Positions 25,506 through 37,003 of a stretch of DNA of 64,000 nt are shown piece after piece. The notes under the pieces were generated by a model. It saw nothing but the letters and a program-made list of their open reading frames with translations. It had not been told where the DNA came from and did not search any database. The DNA is from Cyanophora paradoxa CCMP329 (Eukaryota > Plantae > Glaucophyta), in the NCBI GenBank assembly GCA_004431415.1, contig QPMI01000164.1:62001-126000 (forward strand). The letters run 5' to 3'. How positions within the stretch are numbered: the first letter of the stretch is position 1; each line of letters begins with the position of its first letter. The position numbers and the translations under genes are program-made.

Positions 25506-28448
25506 CTAGCCCCTCGCGGGGCGACTGGCAGCGGCGGCGGCTGGGGCAGGAGGGGCGGGGCCCGCGCTAGGGCCCAGGGTCGGCGCCGGTGCGGGGGCCG
25601 GGGCGGGGAGGGCGCCGGTGGTGGACCAGAGGGCGTCGTAGTGCGTGGGGCCCATCGTGAGGTGCTTCACGTTCCAGCCCGCCTCCCGCAGCGCCTCCCG
25701 GAACCCCGGGTACGCCTGCGAGCGAGGCGCGGCTCGGCGGGCGGCGGTAGAAAGGGAGGGCGGGGCCCCGGGGCCCGGGGGGCGGCGCCGGCCCGGACCT
25801 TGGAGGCGGCGGCGTAGGAGTCGCGGACGGCGTCCCGGGGCGAGGAGCGCCCGTCCCAGGACTCCCGCAGCACCCCCGCGTGCAGGATCGCCTGCACGGG
25901 CGTGAGAAGACCGGAGGCGAGTCGGGAAGAGCAAACAAGCTCGAGGGCGTGCCTTTAGGGTGTCGTCGGCGGAGGCGCCGGGCTGGAGCACGACGTGCAC
26001 GCGCCCGCCCCGCACGTTCAGCAGGTACCGCTCGTGCGCGAACGTCCCGATCAGCTGCCGCGCGGGGGAGGTAAGAGAGGGGCGGAGATGGCGGAGGGCG
26101 GAGGGGGGTAGGGGCGCGCCTCGGAGAGCTCGCGGCTGTCTGCGACGGCGTCGCGCATGCGGGCGCCGAGCTGCAGCTGGGGGCCCCGGAACGAGGCCGG
26201 GAGCACGATGCCCTCACGCCGGCACACCTCCGCCGGCGTCGCCACCCGCGCCGCCCCGCCCTCCCCCTGCCCCAAAACTCAGAGACTCGAGGCGCTCGGA
26301 AGGATGCGGGGCGGGGCGGGCGGGGGCGGACGGCGGAGGCGAGGAAGGAGGCGGCGGCGAGCTGGGCGCGCTCGCGGTTGAGCGTCGTGAAGCACACCGC
26401 CTTCATCTCCTCGTAGTGCGCTGCCCCACGCCCGCCCCGCCGCGTCGGAGGCCAGGCCGGGAAGCCGGGGGACGGGGAAGGAGAGCGGGGCGGACCGAGC
26501 ATGTCGATGGCGAAGAGGGAGGGGAAGACGAGCGTGCGGATCGCCGCCGCCGCCGACCCGCCCAGCGCCTGCTCCCGCGCCCCGCCCCGGATCAGCTGCC
26601 GCTGGTGCGCCCCGGGGGCGGGGTTCGCTGGGCTCTGGGGCGTGCCTGGGCGAAGGCGATGCCGATGCCGAGGCCGGCGAGCTCGGAGAGGACGATCTGC
26701 GCCTCGCCCTTGGCCGTGAGGTCGCCCACGTTCTCCCGCAGCGCGAACGCCCGGTAGATCGCCGCCCGCGTCGCCCCCGCCGACACGATCGCCGCCTGCG
26801 CCCTCGTCCTTAGACGCGGCGCGGCGCGGGGCGGGGCGGGGCGGGGTGGCGAAGGAGTGGGAGAAGGGCGGGGAGGAAGGCGGGGCGGGCCTGCTTGCAG
26901 ATGTTGGCGAGGGAGGCGAGGAGGAGGAAGTACGAGGGCGCGAGCGGCGTCGCCATCTCCAGCGCCGTCCCGCAGTGGTAGAGGAACGAGCTCCGCATCC
27001 GCCACTTCTTCGTGTCCGCGTCGTACCCCCGCCCCAGGAACGCGGCGCAGAAGAGCTTCGCCAGCTTGCCCATCCTGCAGCGCGCGCCCCGCCCGCCTCC
27101 GTCAGGGCGCGAAGGAGGAAAGCAGGCAAGCGAGCGGAGCAGGAGGGCAGAGGGGCGGCACCCGTCCTTGAGGACCCACTGGACGGCGACGCCGACGCCG
27201 ATGGAGGACCAGGAGAGGCCCTTGCGGCCGACCTTGCCCGCCGCCGCCCCGCCCATCCCCACAGAGAGCAGCAGCGACTGCGTCGCCAGGCACTCCATCG
27301 TCGCTGCCCGGCGGCGCCGCTCTCAGCGGGGGGGCAGGGCGCGGGGCGGGGGGCGGGGATGGGGCGGGGCGCGGGGGGCGCACCGGAGGCAGTGCGCTGG
27401 AACATGCGCCAGAGGATGAAGGTCGTGTACCCCGCCGCCGTCGAGTCGGGGTACCCCGCCGGCAGCAGCGCGTGCTCGACCGCCTGCGGCCGGGGGTCGG
27501 TCCGGCCCGCGGGGAAAAGGAAAGGAAAAGGAAGAAAGAGGCGAGGAGAGGTCGGGGTCGCCCCCGCACCTTCTCAGCGCGGATCCAGAATGGCATGCGG
27601 CGGAGCTTGTCCTGCGCCGAGCCCGCGGACGGGTCCTCGGGCGGGACGCCGGCCGGCTTGCCGCCGGGCCGCTGGACTAGGACGGTGCGGAGATCGCCGC
27701 CGTCGGCGACGTACATCGCGCAGGACCCCGGCTGCGGCGCCTCGCCGTCCTCGGGCAGCGGCAGGTCCGCCCCAGAGCCCAGGGCCCGCGCCCGCCTCCG
27801 GTACGCAACTCCGCCGGCCGCCCCTACGATCCCAATGCTTGCAAGCAGCACCAGCGGTAGCCTCGGAAGATCGCGCCCGCCCTCGCTGCTGCTCCCGTCC
27901 CCACCGCTACCGCCACCTCCGCCGCCGCCGCCGCCGCCGCCGTCGCCGCGTCCCCTGCTGCTGCCGTCCGCGCCGCCGTCACTCCCCGATGATTCCAGCA
28001 CTGGAGGCTCCTCCGCAGGGCCACCGAGGCTGCCCTCGCCCGGGCCAGGAAGCGGCGCCGCCGCGGCTCCCGGGCTCGAGGCTGACGCAACCGGGCGCGC
28101 GCTCGCGAGGCCAGGCTCATCTCCGGCCGCGCGGCGTGATGTGCCGACGTCGCTCGCTGGGCCCGGCTCCGGCAGCACCACGCGCGCGTTGATCATTACG
28201 GGTCCGCGCGCGGTCGGGCGCGCGCCGAGGCCATCTCCCGCGCGGAATCGCCTCCTGCTCCCTTGGGAGAGCTGAAACTGTATATCGCGCCTCCTGCAGC
28301 AGGGGCAGGCGAGCCCGCACCCGCGCGACGCCGCTTCGACCTGAGATCTCCTGGGCGATCGCTCGCAGATCTGAGAGCTGTCGCTGCGAATGCTGTGCGC
28401 CCGGCCCGCGCCGGCCGCGGGCGCCGATACGCTGAAACCGGTCATCAT
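25506..28448 (-). CDS. RUS (ROOT UVB SENSITIVE)/DUF647 family protein, probably plastid-targeted
   Basis: LLPAGYPDSTAAGYTTFILWR, LATQSLLLSVG, AVQWVLKDG|MGKLAK, YDADTKKWRM, ALEMATPLAPSYFLLLASLANICK, ATRAAIYRAFALRENVGDLTAKGEAQ are DUF647 motifs. The N-terminus MMTGFSVSAP... is transit-peptide-like. Confidence 0.9.
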
Positions 28449-28612
28449 TTGGTAAACCAATGCGCCGAAAGCTGGGGGGAACGACTCAGACTTGCCCCCC
28501 CATCAGTGAGCAGTTGCTAGCGCAACCTCCTTTAACGGCTCGGATAGCTTGAATAAGACTTCTAAAGGGCATACAGGCGCATCCAGACGCTTATCGCGGC
28601 CCAGCGCGCGCG

Positions 28613-30420
28613 ATGAGCGACCTCCACGCGCTCGTCGATGCCTTCGTGCATGAGTTACTCACCGGTGACCAGTGGTCGTTGTTTTCGGTGTCCCGCCACT
28701 GAAAACCGCCCGAGCGCAGCCCCCGAGCTCGCACCAGCCGGGACCTCGGAGCCCGCGACGGACGAGCCGCCCGCGGCGGCGGCGGGCTCAAGTCGAGGTT
28801 CGAGGCGCGTGACGGAGGACGGGGAGGGCGCGGAGGAGGACGTTGCGGCTCCGTACATGCGCCTCTTCCTGGTGCCGCCCCGCCCCGGCCGACCCCGCGT
28901 GCCCGCGGCTCGGCTGCGCATGCTTGGGCGGCTGACCGCGGCCGCCAGATGAGACGCGCTGTCTTCCTCCAGATCCTCCAGGTCCGCCGGCGTCCCCCGC
29001 CCGCCCCGGCGGGCGCCGCGGGGCTGGATCGGGCGGGGCGCAGGGCGTGTGGGAGGCGTCCGAGGGCCCCGTGTCGGGGGCGCTGGCGGCGCAGCACGGG
29101 GCGATCGTGGACGAGCGGGTGACGGAGCTCGGCGAGGCCGCCGCCGCCCTCCTCACCGCCATGGGGGCACGCCACGCCCCGGCCCCGCCCCCGCCCGCCA
29201 GGCCGCACCCCCGCAGCTGACGTGGCGCGGGCGCAGCCGAAGTTCGCGGGGCCGCAGGGGGCGTCGCTGCTGTACGGGACGCTGCAGGGGGAGGGCGCCT
29301 GGCCCGCCCACGCCGCCGTCGAGCGCGCGCCGGCCCTCGTGGCCGCCCTCCGGCGGGCCGCCGCCGCCGCCCGCCGGCCGAGCAGCCGCCCTCGGCCTCG
29401 CGCGAGGCCCTCCCCGCGCGCCTCATTCGCGGCATCGCCGACGGCGCCAAGGCCCGCCTCGACGAGCAGGCGGGCCTCGCCTCCAGGCGCCCCACGCTGG
29501 CGGCGGCGCGGGCCGGCGGGGCCGGCGAGCGGGCGGCCATCCGGGCCGACATGCGCCGCATCGCCCGCAGCGCCGACCTCTGCGTGCTTCCCGCGAGCTT
29601 CAGCCGCGCGGCCGCCGTGCCCCCAGCGCGACGGGCTCCTCGGCCCCGCCCTCACCAGGATCGAGCGCGGGGGCGGGGGCGGGGCGGAGGAGGGGCCTCC
29701 GCCCTCGGCGCGGCGCTGGCTGGAGCGGAGCCCGCAGGGGGCGGCGGGGGCCCGCGAGGTGATGGGAAAGCCTGCGCCCGAGCCCGTGAGCCGCCACCTC
29801 GAGTTCAGCGCCCGGCCGGCCCCGACGGCGTCGCCCTCTCGTGCGGCGGCCCTCCCCAAGCGAGCGAGCGCGCCGGGGCGGGCCGGGCCGAGCGGGCGTC
29901 GCGCAGGTACTCGAACCGGGCGATGTTGGATCGGATGCGGGAGTGGCGCGAGGGCGCCCGCGAGGAGGGCCAGCGCACCGCCGCCCGCGCCGCCGCCATC
30001 GACGAGGCCGGCCCCGCGGGGCCCAGCGGGCCCGCGCCTTCGGCCCCCGGGCCGGGGCCGGGGTCGCGGCTGAGCGGGCTCTCGTCGCGGCTGGCGGCCA
30101 AGGGCTGGTCCCCCTGGAAGCGCGAGGGGGAGAAGTGCATTCTGGGGTACGGCCCCGTCGACGCCTACAAGTACATCATCAAGCAGGAGACGACCGGTGC
30201 GTGTGCCGCCCCCGGACCCGCCTCCCGCCTCGCCGACGCGGCGGGGGCAGCGTGGGCGAGGCGCAAGCAGCTGGCGGACATCGCGGCGGGGCTCAAGAAG
30301 GACGGTGCCGCCGGCGCGCCGCTCCCCGCCGCCGCGACCGCCCCGCCCCCCGACCCCTTCGCCTGCGGGCGCCTGCTCCGGCACGGGCGCATCGTCTCGC
30401 GGCCCCCAGACCTGCTTTGA
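28613..30420 (+). CDS. Multi-exon hypothetical protein
   Basis: MSDLHALVDAFVHELLT..., APYMRLFL|MRRAVFLQILQ|GVWEASE..., YSNRAMLDRMREWRE...WKREGEKCILGYGPVDAYKYIIKQETT..., ends SRPPDLL*, with intron-like breaks. No family recognised. Confidence 0.6.
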
Positions 30421-30549
30421 GGCCCGGCCGCCTCGGCCCGGCCCCCGCCGCGCCCCCCTCACCTCGCCTCTACCACAAACTGAATTGCGAAACGGAACTG
30501 GCGGAACGGAACTGGCGGAGCGGGGCGGGGCGGGGCGGGGCGGCGGGGG

Positions 30550-32071
30550 CTATGCGGGGGCGGCGCCGCCGCCGGCGGGGCGGCCGAATATGGACTCAAG
30601 GGTCATGAAGACGATCCGCATGCTCTGCGACACGATCGCGCTCTCCACCTGCTCGCCCCCGCGTCGGGCCCCGCGTCGGGCCCCGGCGGGGCCGCGCTCT
30701 AGATCTGGCCGGGCGGGCGAACGTTCTTCTGGGCCTGGGCCTCGGCCGAGGAGCCCGAGGGCGCGTCGGCGGCGGGCCCGGCGGCCGCCCCGAAGATGCC
30801 GCCCGACGAGGCGAAGCGCTGCTCCAGCTGCAGCCGCTTCAGGTCGTACCCCTGCGCCCCCGTGCGCCAGTCAGGCCGGCGCGGGCGGGGCCGGGGCCGG
30901 GCGCGGGGGCGGGGGCCGGGGCGGGGCCTGCCTTCTGGAATGCGGCGATGACCATGTCGACGAAGTGGGAGAGCTTCAGCTCGTCCGACGGCGGCACCGC
31001 CTCCGATGGCCTGCGACGCGTCGGGCCCGGGCGAAGCGGGCGCGGCGGGCGGCCTGGAGGGAGGGTGAGAGCGGACCTGGAGACGCCGACCTTGGCGGCG
31101 GTTAGGAAGATGAGGGAGAGCCACACCGTCCGCATGTCCTGCTCGTCCTGCGCCAGGCTGCACGGCCCGGCCGCACGCCCGCAGTCAGCACAGGCGCCCG
31201 TGCCAGGCGGCCCCGCGCGCCCAGCGCGACCGTCGCCAACCTGTAGTTCAGCCTGCGGCGCGCGCGTGTTAGAGCGGGTGGGCGGGTCGGCGGGGGCTCG
31301 GGGGCGACATGCACCCGCTGGCGTCGTCCTGCGCGAGGCTGAGCTCGAGGTCGAGGGCGCGCAGGTTGTAGCCCCGCTTGTACGCCTCCACGCCCTGCGC
31401 CCCGCCGGGCCCCGCCTCCCGTCAGATCCGCGGCGGAGCACGCCCCTCGGCGCCCCCAGACCTTCGCGATGAACTCTTGAAGCGCGTCCACGTAGGGGCG
31501 TTGGCCTGCACGGGCCCGGGGGTGAGCTCTGCGGCCGGCGGCGAGGATGGCCCTGCGCTCGCACCTGGCAAGCACGCCTCGAGGAAGCTACGTCGGAGAG
31601 CTTTGCTAATGGGCTCCTCCTGCTCGCCCTCGCTGCTCGACCCGCCCTCCGCGCGCGTCACGAATCGCTGGATCGCCTGGGTTGAAGGTTAGTGCGCAGA
31701 TCGCAGGCCAGCCTGGCAGGGCCGCGGTGGCAGCGGCTAGAAGACTGGACGATCTGAGAGACTAAGGCGCCCACGATCGGCTCTCGTCTTCGAATTCGAT
31801 TCGAAGCATCCGATGCTACTCTGGAAGCTTCACACGGCTCGACGGGGAGCTCGGCGCGCTCCCGCACCGGAGCGCTCGCAGTGTAGGCGCGTGAGCGGCG
31901 GCCGGCCTCGAAGATCGGGGTGAACGACGAAGCCAGGAATCGCGGCTTCGCGGCGTGGGCCTGCCGCACGCTGCTACTGGCACCAGACACCTCGCATGTC
32001 GCGGGGCAGCGCGTCGCAGGCGCCGCCTCGGCCGCCCGCGGCAACGCGGCCTGGATTGCTACGAACATCAT
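30550..32071 (-). CDS. Probable plastid-targeted protein with an internal two-fold helical repeat
   Basis: MMFVAIQAALPR... (Ser/Ala/Arg-rich transit-like leader). Repeat 1: FIAK|GVEAYKRGYNLRALDLELSL...EQDMRTVWLSLIFLT. Repeat 2: FVDMVIAAFQK|GYDLKRLQLEQRF...ESAIVSQSMRIVFMT. Confidence 0.7.
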
Positions 32072-32255
32072 CTTCTGTTGCAAACAAGCCCCTCCCTTCG
32101 TTCGCAAAGGTGGCGGTTGGTGGGAGGCGGCCAAGTGCGAGGCGGCCGGGTCGCTGTTCGACTTCTTCAGATGCGTCGTATTGCAGCCAGCCGCGTGTAG
32201 CAGCCGCCGAGCCGCCTTGATGCACTACCGCGCGTTCAAGGGCCACGCGCGCACG

Positions 32256-34355
32256 ATGGCCAGCACCCCCGCCCCAAATGTCATCGAGGCGGCGTCGAGG
32301 CCGCGCGGGCCCTCGCTCGGCGAGCGCCCCGAGGGCTCCGCCGTCGGCGCTGCCGACCACCCGCCGCCCGGCGAAGCGCGCGTCCTCGGTGCGCCTGCGG
32401 CCAGCCCGCCGAGCGGCCATCCAGCCGGCGCGGCCGCACGGCGTTGCTGAAGGCGCGCGGGGCGTTGCGGGGGCGCAGGGCTCGACATCTCGGGGCTCTC
32501 GCAGGCGGCGCAGTTCGCCGTGCTCGCCGGCCCCGTCCTCCTCGTCTACCAGCTCATCGCCTACCTCCAGGAGGCGCGCCCCCGCCGCCCCGCCGCCCCG
32601 CCGCCCCGCTCCCGCCGCCCGCCGCGGGCTGAGCTCGAGGGGGGCGGGTGGCAGCACCTCTTCAGCATCCCGGGGTTCAGCTTCGGGTTCTACATCAACC
32701 TGTACTCCTTCGCCGTCGGGCTCGTCCTCTCCACCCTCGAGCGCCGCCTCTCCAAGGGCGGCGAGCTCGCCTCCTGGCGCGCCCCCTACTACTGGTCCGC
32801 TCGCACCAACCGCCGACGCTCCGCCCCGCCCCGCCCCGCCCCGCCCCACCGACGCGGGGCGGGCACTGCGGGCGGGCAGGTACGTCTACGCGGGGTTCTT
32901 CAGCGTGGTGGGCCAGGGGATGACGCTGGAGTCCCTCAACTACGTCAACCTGCCCCTTCAGATCGTCTTCAAGAGCGCCAAGGCACGCTAGCTAGCCCCG
33001 CTAGCCAGCCCGTCCCTGGAGACCCCCTGGCGAGGCGGGGACGGGCGGCGGCGGGGGGCGCGCAGGTGATCCCCGTGATGCTGGCCGGCCTGCTCGTCCT
33101 CGGGCGCCGCTACTCCGCCGGCGACTACGCCTCCGCCGCCTGCTTCGTCGTCGTCCGCCGTCCCGCGCCGGCCCTCTCGCCCTCCCCCCGCCGCCGGCCC
33201 ACGCGCGGGGCGCAGGGCCTGTCGATGTTCACGCTGGCGGACGTGAGCGTCTCGCCCAAGTTCCACGTCGGCGGCATCGCCTGCCTCCTCGTCGGCGCGC
33301 CCCGCCCCCCTCCACCTCCGCTCCGCCCTCCGACGCGCGCCCCCCTCAGCGCTGGCGTCGGACGCGTTCGTGGGGAACGTGCAGGAGCGGCTCATGCGGG
33401 GCTTCGGCGTCCCCTTCGCCGAGCTCGTTCAGCACTCCTACCTCGTCGGCGGCGGTATGAAGGCCCCTTCGAATTCGCAGTCCTCCCACGCTTCTGATCG
33501 CGGCTTGCCGGCGCCCCGCAGCCATGTGCCTCGCCTACCAGATCGCCACCGGCGAGCTCCGCGCCGGTGCAGCCCCCCGCCCCCCGCCCCGCGCGCGGCC
33601 TCCTCTCTCCCTCTCTGCCCCCTGAAGCACGCGCGCGGGGGCAGCGGTGAAGCTGAGCGGGGAGCACCCGTCGGTGTTCGGGCTCTGCGTCCTCTACGCG
33701 CTGACCGCCTACGCGGGCCTCTACTTCGTCCTCGCCCTCGTCCGCCGCTTCGGCGCCGTCACCGCCGTGCCCGCGCCGCCCGCCGCGGGCCCCGCCCCCG
33801 GCCCGGCCCGCCCGCGCCTGACTCCGCGGGGCGCAGGTGGTCGTCACCTCGGGGCGGTGCGGGCCCTCCGGCCCCGCCCTCTGGATTCGCCGGCGCCCCC
33901 CCCGCCTGAGCCTCGCCCGGCTCGACTCGCGCAGGAAGCTCATCTCCATCTTCCTCTCGTTCGCGCTCTTCCCGAAGCCCTTCTCCTGGCTCCACGCCGC
34001 CGGCGCCCTCGTCCTCACCGCCGGCTCCCTCCTCTCCGCCTACTTCAAGCACCCCGCAGAGGTGCCCCCCGGCCCCCTCACGCCTCGACCCCCTAGCGCC
34101 CTGACCCCCGCTCCCCGCCCCCAGGTCAAGGCCGCCCTCGCCGCCTGCCTCCCGGCCCCGCTCCGCCGCCGACTCCTCCCCGCCCCGTCCGCCGAGGCCT
34201 TCGGCTCCTCGAGCCCCACCCCGGACCTCGAGATGGGCGGCCGGCCGCCCCGCCCGCCCTCGCCCGCCGATGCCAGCTGCAGCCTCAGCGGCCTCAGCCC
34301 AGCCCCGCCCTCGCCCCAGCCCCGCCCTGCCGCCCCCGGCCCCCTAGGCTTTTAG
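32256..34355 (+). CDS. UAA-family nucleotide-sugar/PAPS transporter (SLC35B3-like)
   Basis: 12 exons: YLQE|HLFSIPGFSFGFYINL, SLNYVNLPLQIVFKSAK|VIPVMLAGLLVLGRRYS, GLSMFTLADVSVSPKF, ALASDAFVGNVQE, LVRRFGAVTA|VVVTSGR|KLISIFLSFALFPKPF. Confidence 0.9.
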
Positions 34356-34467
34356 GCTACTAGTATAGCCTGTAGGCTGTAGCTATAGCACATCATGGCA
34401 CACAAAGTGACACAAGAAGCAGGCGCCGCGCCGCAAGCTTTAATTTAAGCTTTCAAGTTTATTCAAG

Positions 34468-34762
34468 CGTGTACGCGTGTGTACGCGAAGTCCGCGCTTT
34501 AGCGCAGTGGTACAAGGTCGTGCTACGACCTCCCGGATTTCCGGGTTCGGTTCCTACTGTTTCCGCTTCGTTGTACTTCGAATCCCCGTGATTCCTGATA
34601 CCGTGACTTGTATCCTCGTTGTGTACTACGAGTGGGTACGCCCGCCGTAGATCTTAAAAAAAAAAAAAGAAGTTCGCATGATAACTTTGATAAGTTCGGG
34701 AATTTCTGGCGGCTTGACCACAAGCCGCGGGCTTGTACGTGTAGGCTAGGGTGGCTAGCCTT
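34468..34762 (+). ncRNA. Candidate structured non-coding RNA (unclassified)
   Basis: Nested hairpins with G-U pairs favouring the + strand, a long-range closing helix, and an Sm-site-like AATTTCTGG followed by an 8-bp hairpin (see findings). No family identified. Confidence 0.3.
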
Positions 34763-35098
34763 ATCGCTTCGCCGAGTCGGGCTCGTGACGAGGGAGCAGA
34801 ACCGGGCCAAACCGGCACAGCAAAGGAGTATGCCAGCTGGCGCCGCGACTCCCGCGAGGCCTGCGTGCGCGTGAATTCGCATCAAGCAGCGATAGGTGTC
34901 TTCGCAGCCTCCGGTTCTCCGCTCCTAGTCGCCTAGACAGCTAGCTCCAGCTGGGGAGCTCCACTTCACACCAGCTAGCAATCGCGTCCGCCGGAAAAGC
35001 GGTTTTCGACGAAACGCGCGCGCAAGAAAGCCGATGCTGATCATCTTGTAGTGCAGTTCAGAGAAAGCCTGCGGTAGCGTCACCAGCTCGGGCCAGCG

Positions 35099-36553
35099 AT
35101 GCTGGGGGACGAGCTGGCCGATTCCGAGCCGCTTCGGGCGCAAAGCAGCTCCCCGGCGTTAGAACATACGCGGCAGCCCAGGCATCGCAGGCGAATCGTT
35201 TCTTTCAACGAGAGCGTAGTCGTCCATCACGCGGAGCCGGGAGCGCTCGAAAGAGTCCCGCTGTGCGACACGACGAAGCCCCGGCTGACCATGCGGAGGC
35301 CCGCGGGGGGCGCGAGTGCGATTCAGCTATCGCTGAACTGCCCGGGATCCGCCGGCCTCGGGATCCAGAGCCCGGCCCAGCTCCTGATTGCGCGGGCGGC
35401 TATGTCGTCCACGGTCACACTTTCCGTGCGGCTGTCACTCGCGCTTCCGCATCGCCATTCAGCGAGTGATGGTCGTGCGCAGGTCGATGGAAACGATGGC
35501 GGCTTGACCCCGCTGACGGACTTGCCCGGGATCGAGTTCCTGTCACTGCCGACGGCCCCCGAGACCGCGCGGGGCCGTGTGTCGCTGCGCTGCCGCACGA
35601 TCTCTCCGCCCCCGCCCTTCGATGCCTCCCTCGATCTGCCCTCTCCGACTGAGGAGCCGCCGCCGCCGCTTCTCGTCCCTTCCCTGACCATGCCGCTGAA
35701 TTCCCTGCACATGCCCGCCCCCACCTTCACCCTCCCGTGCCGCCCCATCTCCCCGCCCGCCATCACTCCGGCCCGGGATCCGCCTGGCGCCGACTTCGCG
35801 GAGGCGGCCGCGACCTGCGGGGCCCCGGCGCTGCACGGGGAGGGGGAGCTGCGGGCGGCGGGGACGCGGTCGGTGCGGCGCGGCTTCCGCCTGCCGCCGC
35901 CGGAGGAGCTGGAGGCGCGGTCCATCCGCCCGCCGCCCTCGCCGCCCCCTGCCCGCCCGCCGCCGCGCCCTCCACGGCCCGCCGCCCGCCCCGCCCGCCC
36001 GCCCCCCTCGCCCCCTCCGACCCGACTCGGCCGCCGCGCACCGCCGCCACTCCTCGCCCCCGTCGCCCCGCCCCGCCCTCCCTCCCGTGCCGGACCCGCC
36101 GGCGGCCGGGGCGCCCTCCTGCGCGGAGGGGCGGCGGGGCAGCATCCGGGAGCGCTGCTCGAGCGACAAGCCGCTGCGCCCGAGCGGCCTGCGGCACCCC
36201 TCTCCTGCAGCGCCCTCCCCGACGCGGCTGCCGCCTGCCGCTCCCCGCCCTCCCCGCCCCCGCAGTGCTCGACGCCGACGGGGCGGAGGCGGGGCGGGTG
36301 CGGGGAGGGCGGGGCCCGCCTGGCGGGGCGGCTGCGGCCGAGCGCGCTGCGGAGCAGCTCGCTCTCGCCGGCATCCTCGCCCTCCTCCTCGGGGGACGAG
36401 CGGGGCCTCCACATCGCCACCCCCCCCTTCCGCTCCGCCGCCCTCTGGGGGCCCGACGCCCCCTGCGCCCCCGCCGGCCCCCGCCGCCCCGCGTCCCCTC
36501 CCGCCGCCCGCGAGGCCCCCGCCGGGGCCCCCGACGAGGCGCCCGGCATTTGA
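35099..36553 (+). CDS. Pro/Ser-rich disordered hypothetical protein with an RVxF-like motif
   Basis: 484-codon ORF with an ATG start; RRRIVSFNESVVV motif; probable in-frame intron at ~35414-35482. Confidence 0.55.
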   Translation: MLGDELADSEPLRAQSSSPALEHTRQPRHRRRIVSFNESVVVHHAEPGALERVPLCDTTKPRLTMRRPAGGASAIQLSLNCPGSAGLGIQSPAQLLIARAAMSSTVTLSVRLSLALPHRHSASDGRAQVDGNDGGLTPLTDLPGIEFLSLPTAPETARGRVSLRCRTISPPPPFDASLDLPSPTEEPPPPLLVPSLTMPLNSLHMPAPTFTLPCRPISPPAITPARDPPGADFAEAAATCGAPALHGEGELRAAGTRSVRRGFRLPPPEELEARSIRPPPSPPPARPPPRPPRPAARPARPPPSPPPTRLGRRAPPPLLAPVAPPRPPSRAGPAGGRGALLRGGAAGQHPGALLERQAAAPERPAAPLSCSALPDAAAACRSPPSPPPQCSTPTGRRRGGCGEGGARLAGRLRPSALRSSSLSPASSPSSSGDERGLHIATPPFRSAALWGPDAPCAPAGPRRPASPPAAREAPAGAPDEAPGI

Positions 36554-37003
36554 TCGGACCCTTGCCCAGCGCTAGCGTACAGTTCCAGCGTACACAGATG
36601 CCTGCACAGTATTTCGCCCGCCGTGTTGTTTGGAAGCGAGTTGAGAGACGAGCCTGCCCGGCGTATATCGCCCAGGGCGCTCCGAGGCCCTGCAGCTGCG
36701 ATGTTCTGCGAGACGAGAGTAGCTTACTACTAGGCTATAGCTAGTCTTATACTGCGCTTCGTTCGTATTGAAAAGTGCCGCCCATAGTACTGGGCTCCTT
36801 GTGTAGTATATATACAAGTATTGATCCGCGCGCGCCTCGGTATCCGTAAGACAGTTCCTTGAAGTTGTGTAACAGTCAACTACGTATACGAGAACCACAA
36901 CCAACTACTACTGACTGCACGCGGCATGGCGCCGCGGGGCCGGGGGTGAAGGTGAAAGGGGAGGCTGGGTTGGGAAAAAGAAAGGCGACGGGTCAAAGAC
37001 GGG

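Noticed and set aside
34495-34560. tRNA gene suggested by TAGCGCAGTGG and GGTTCGGTTCC boxes
   Set aside because: No D-stem partner, a 3-nt loop where the anticodon loop should be, and no acceptor stem.
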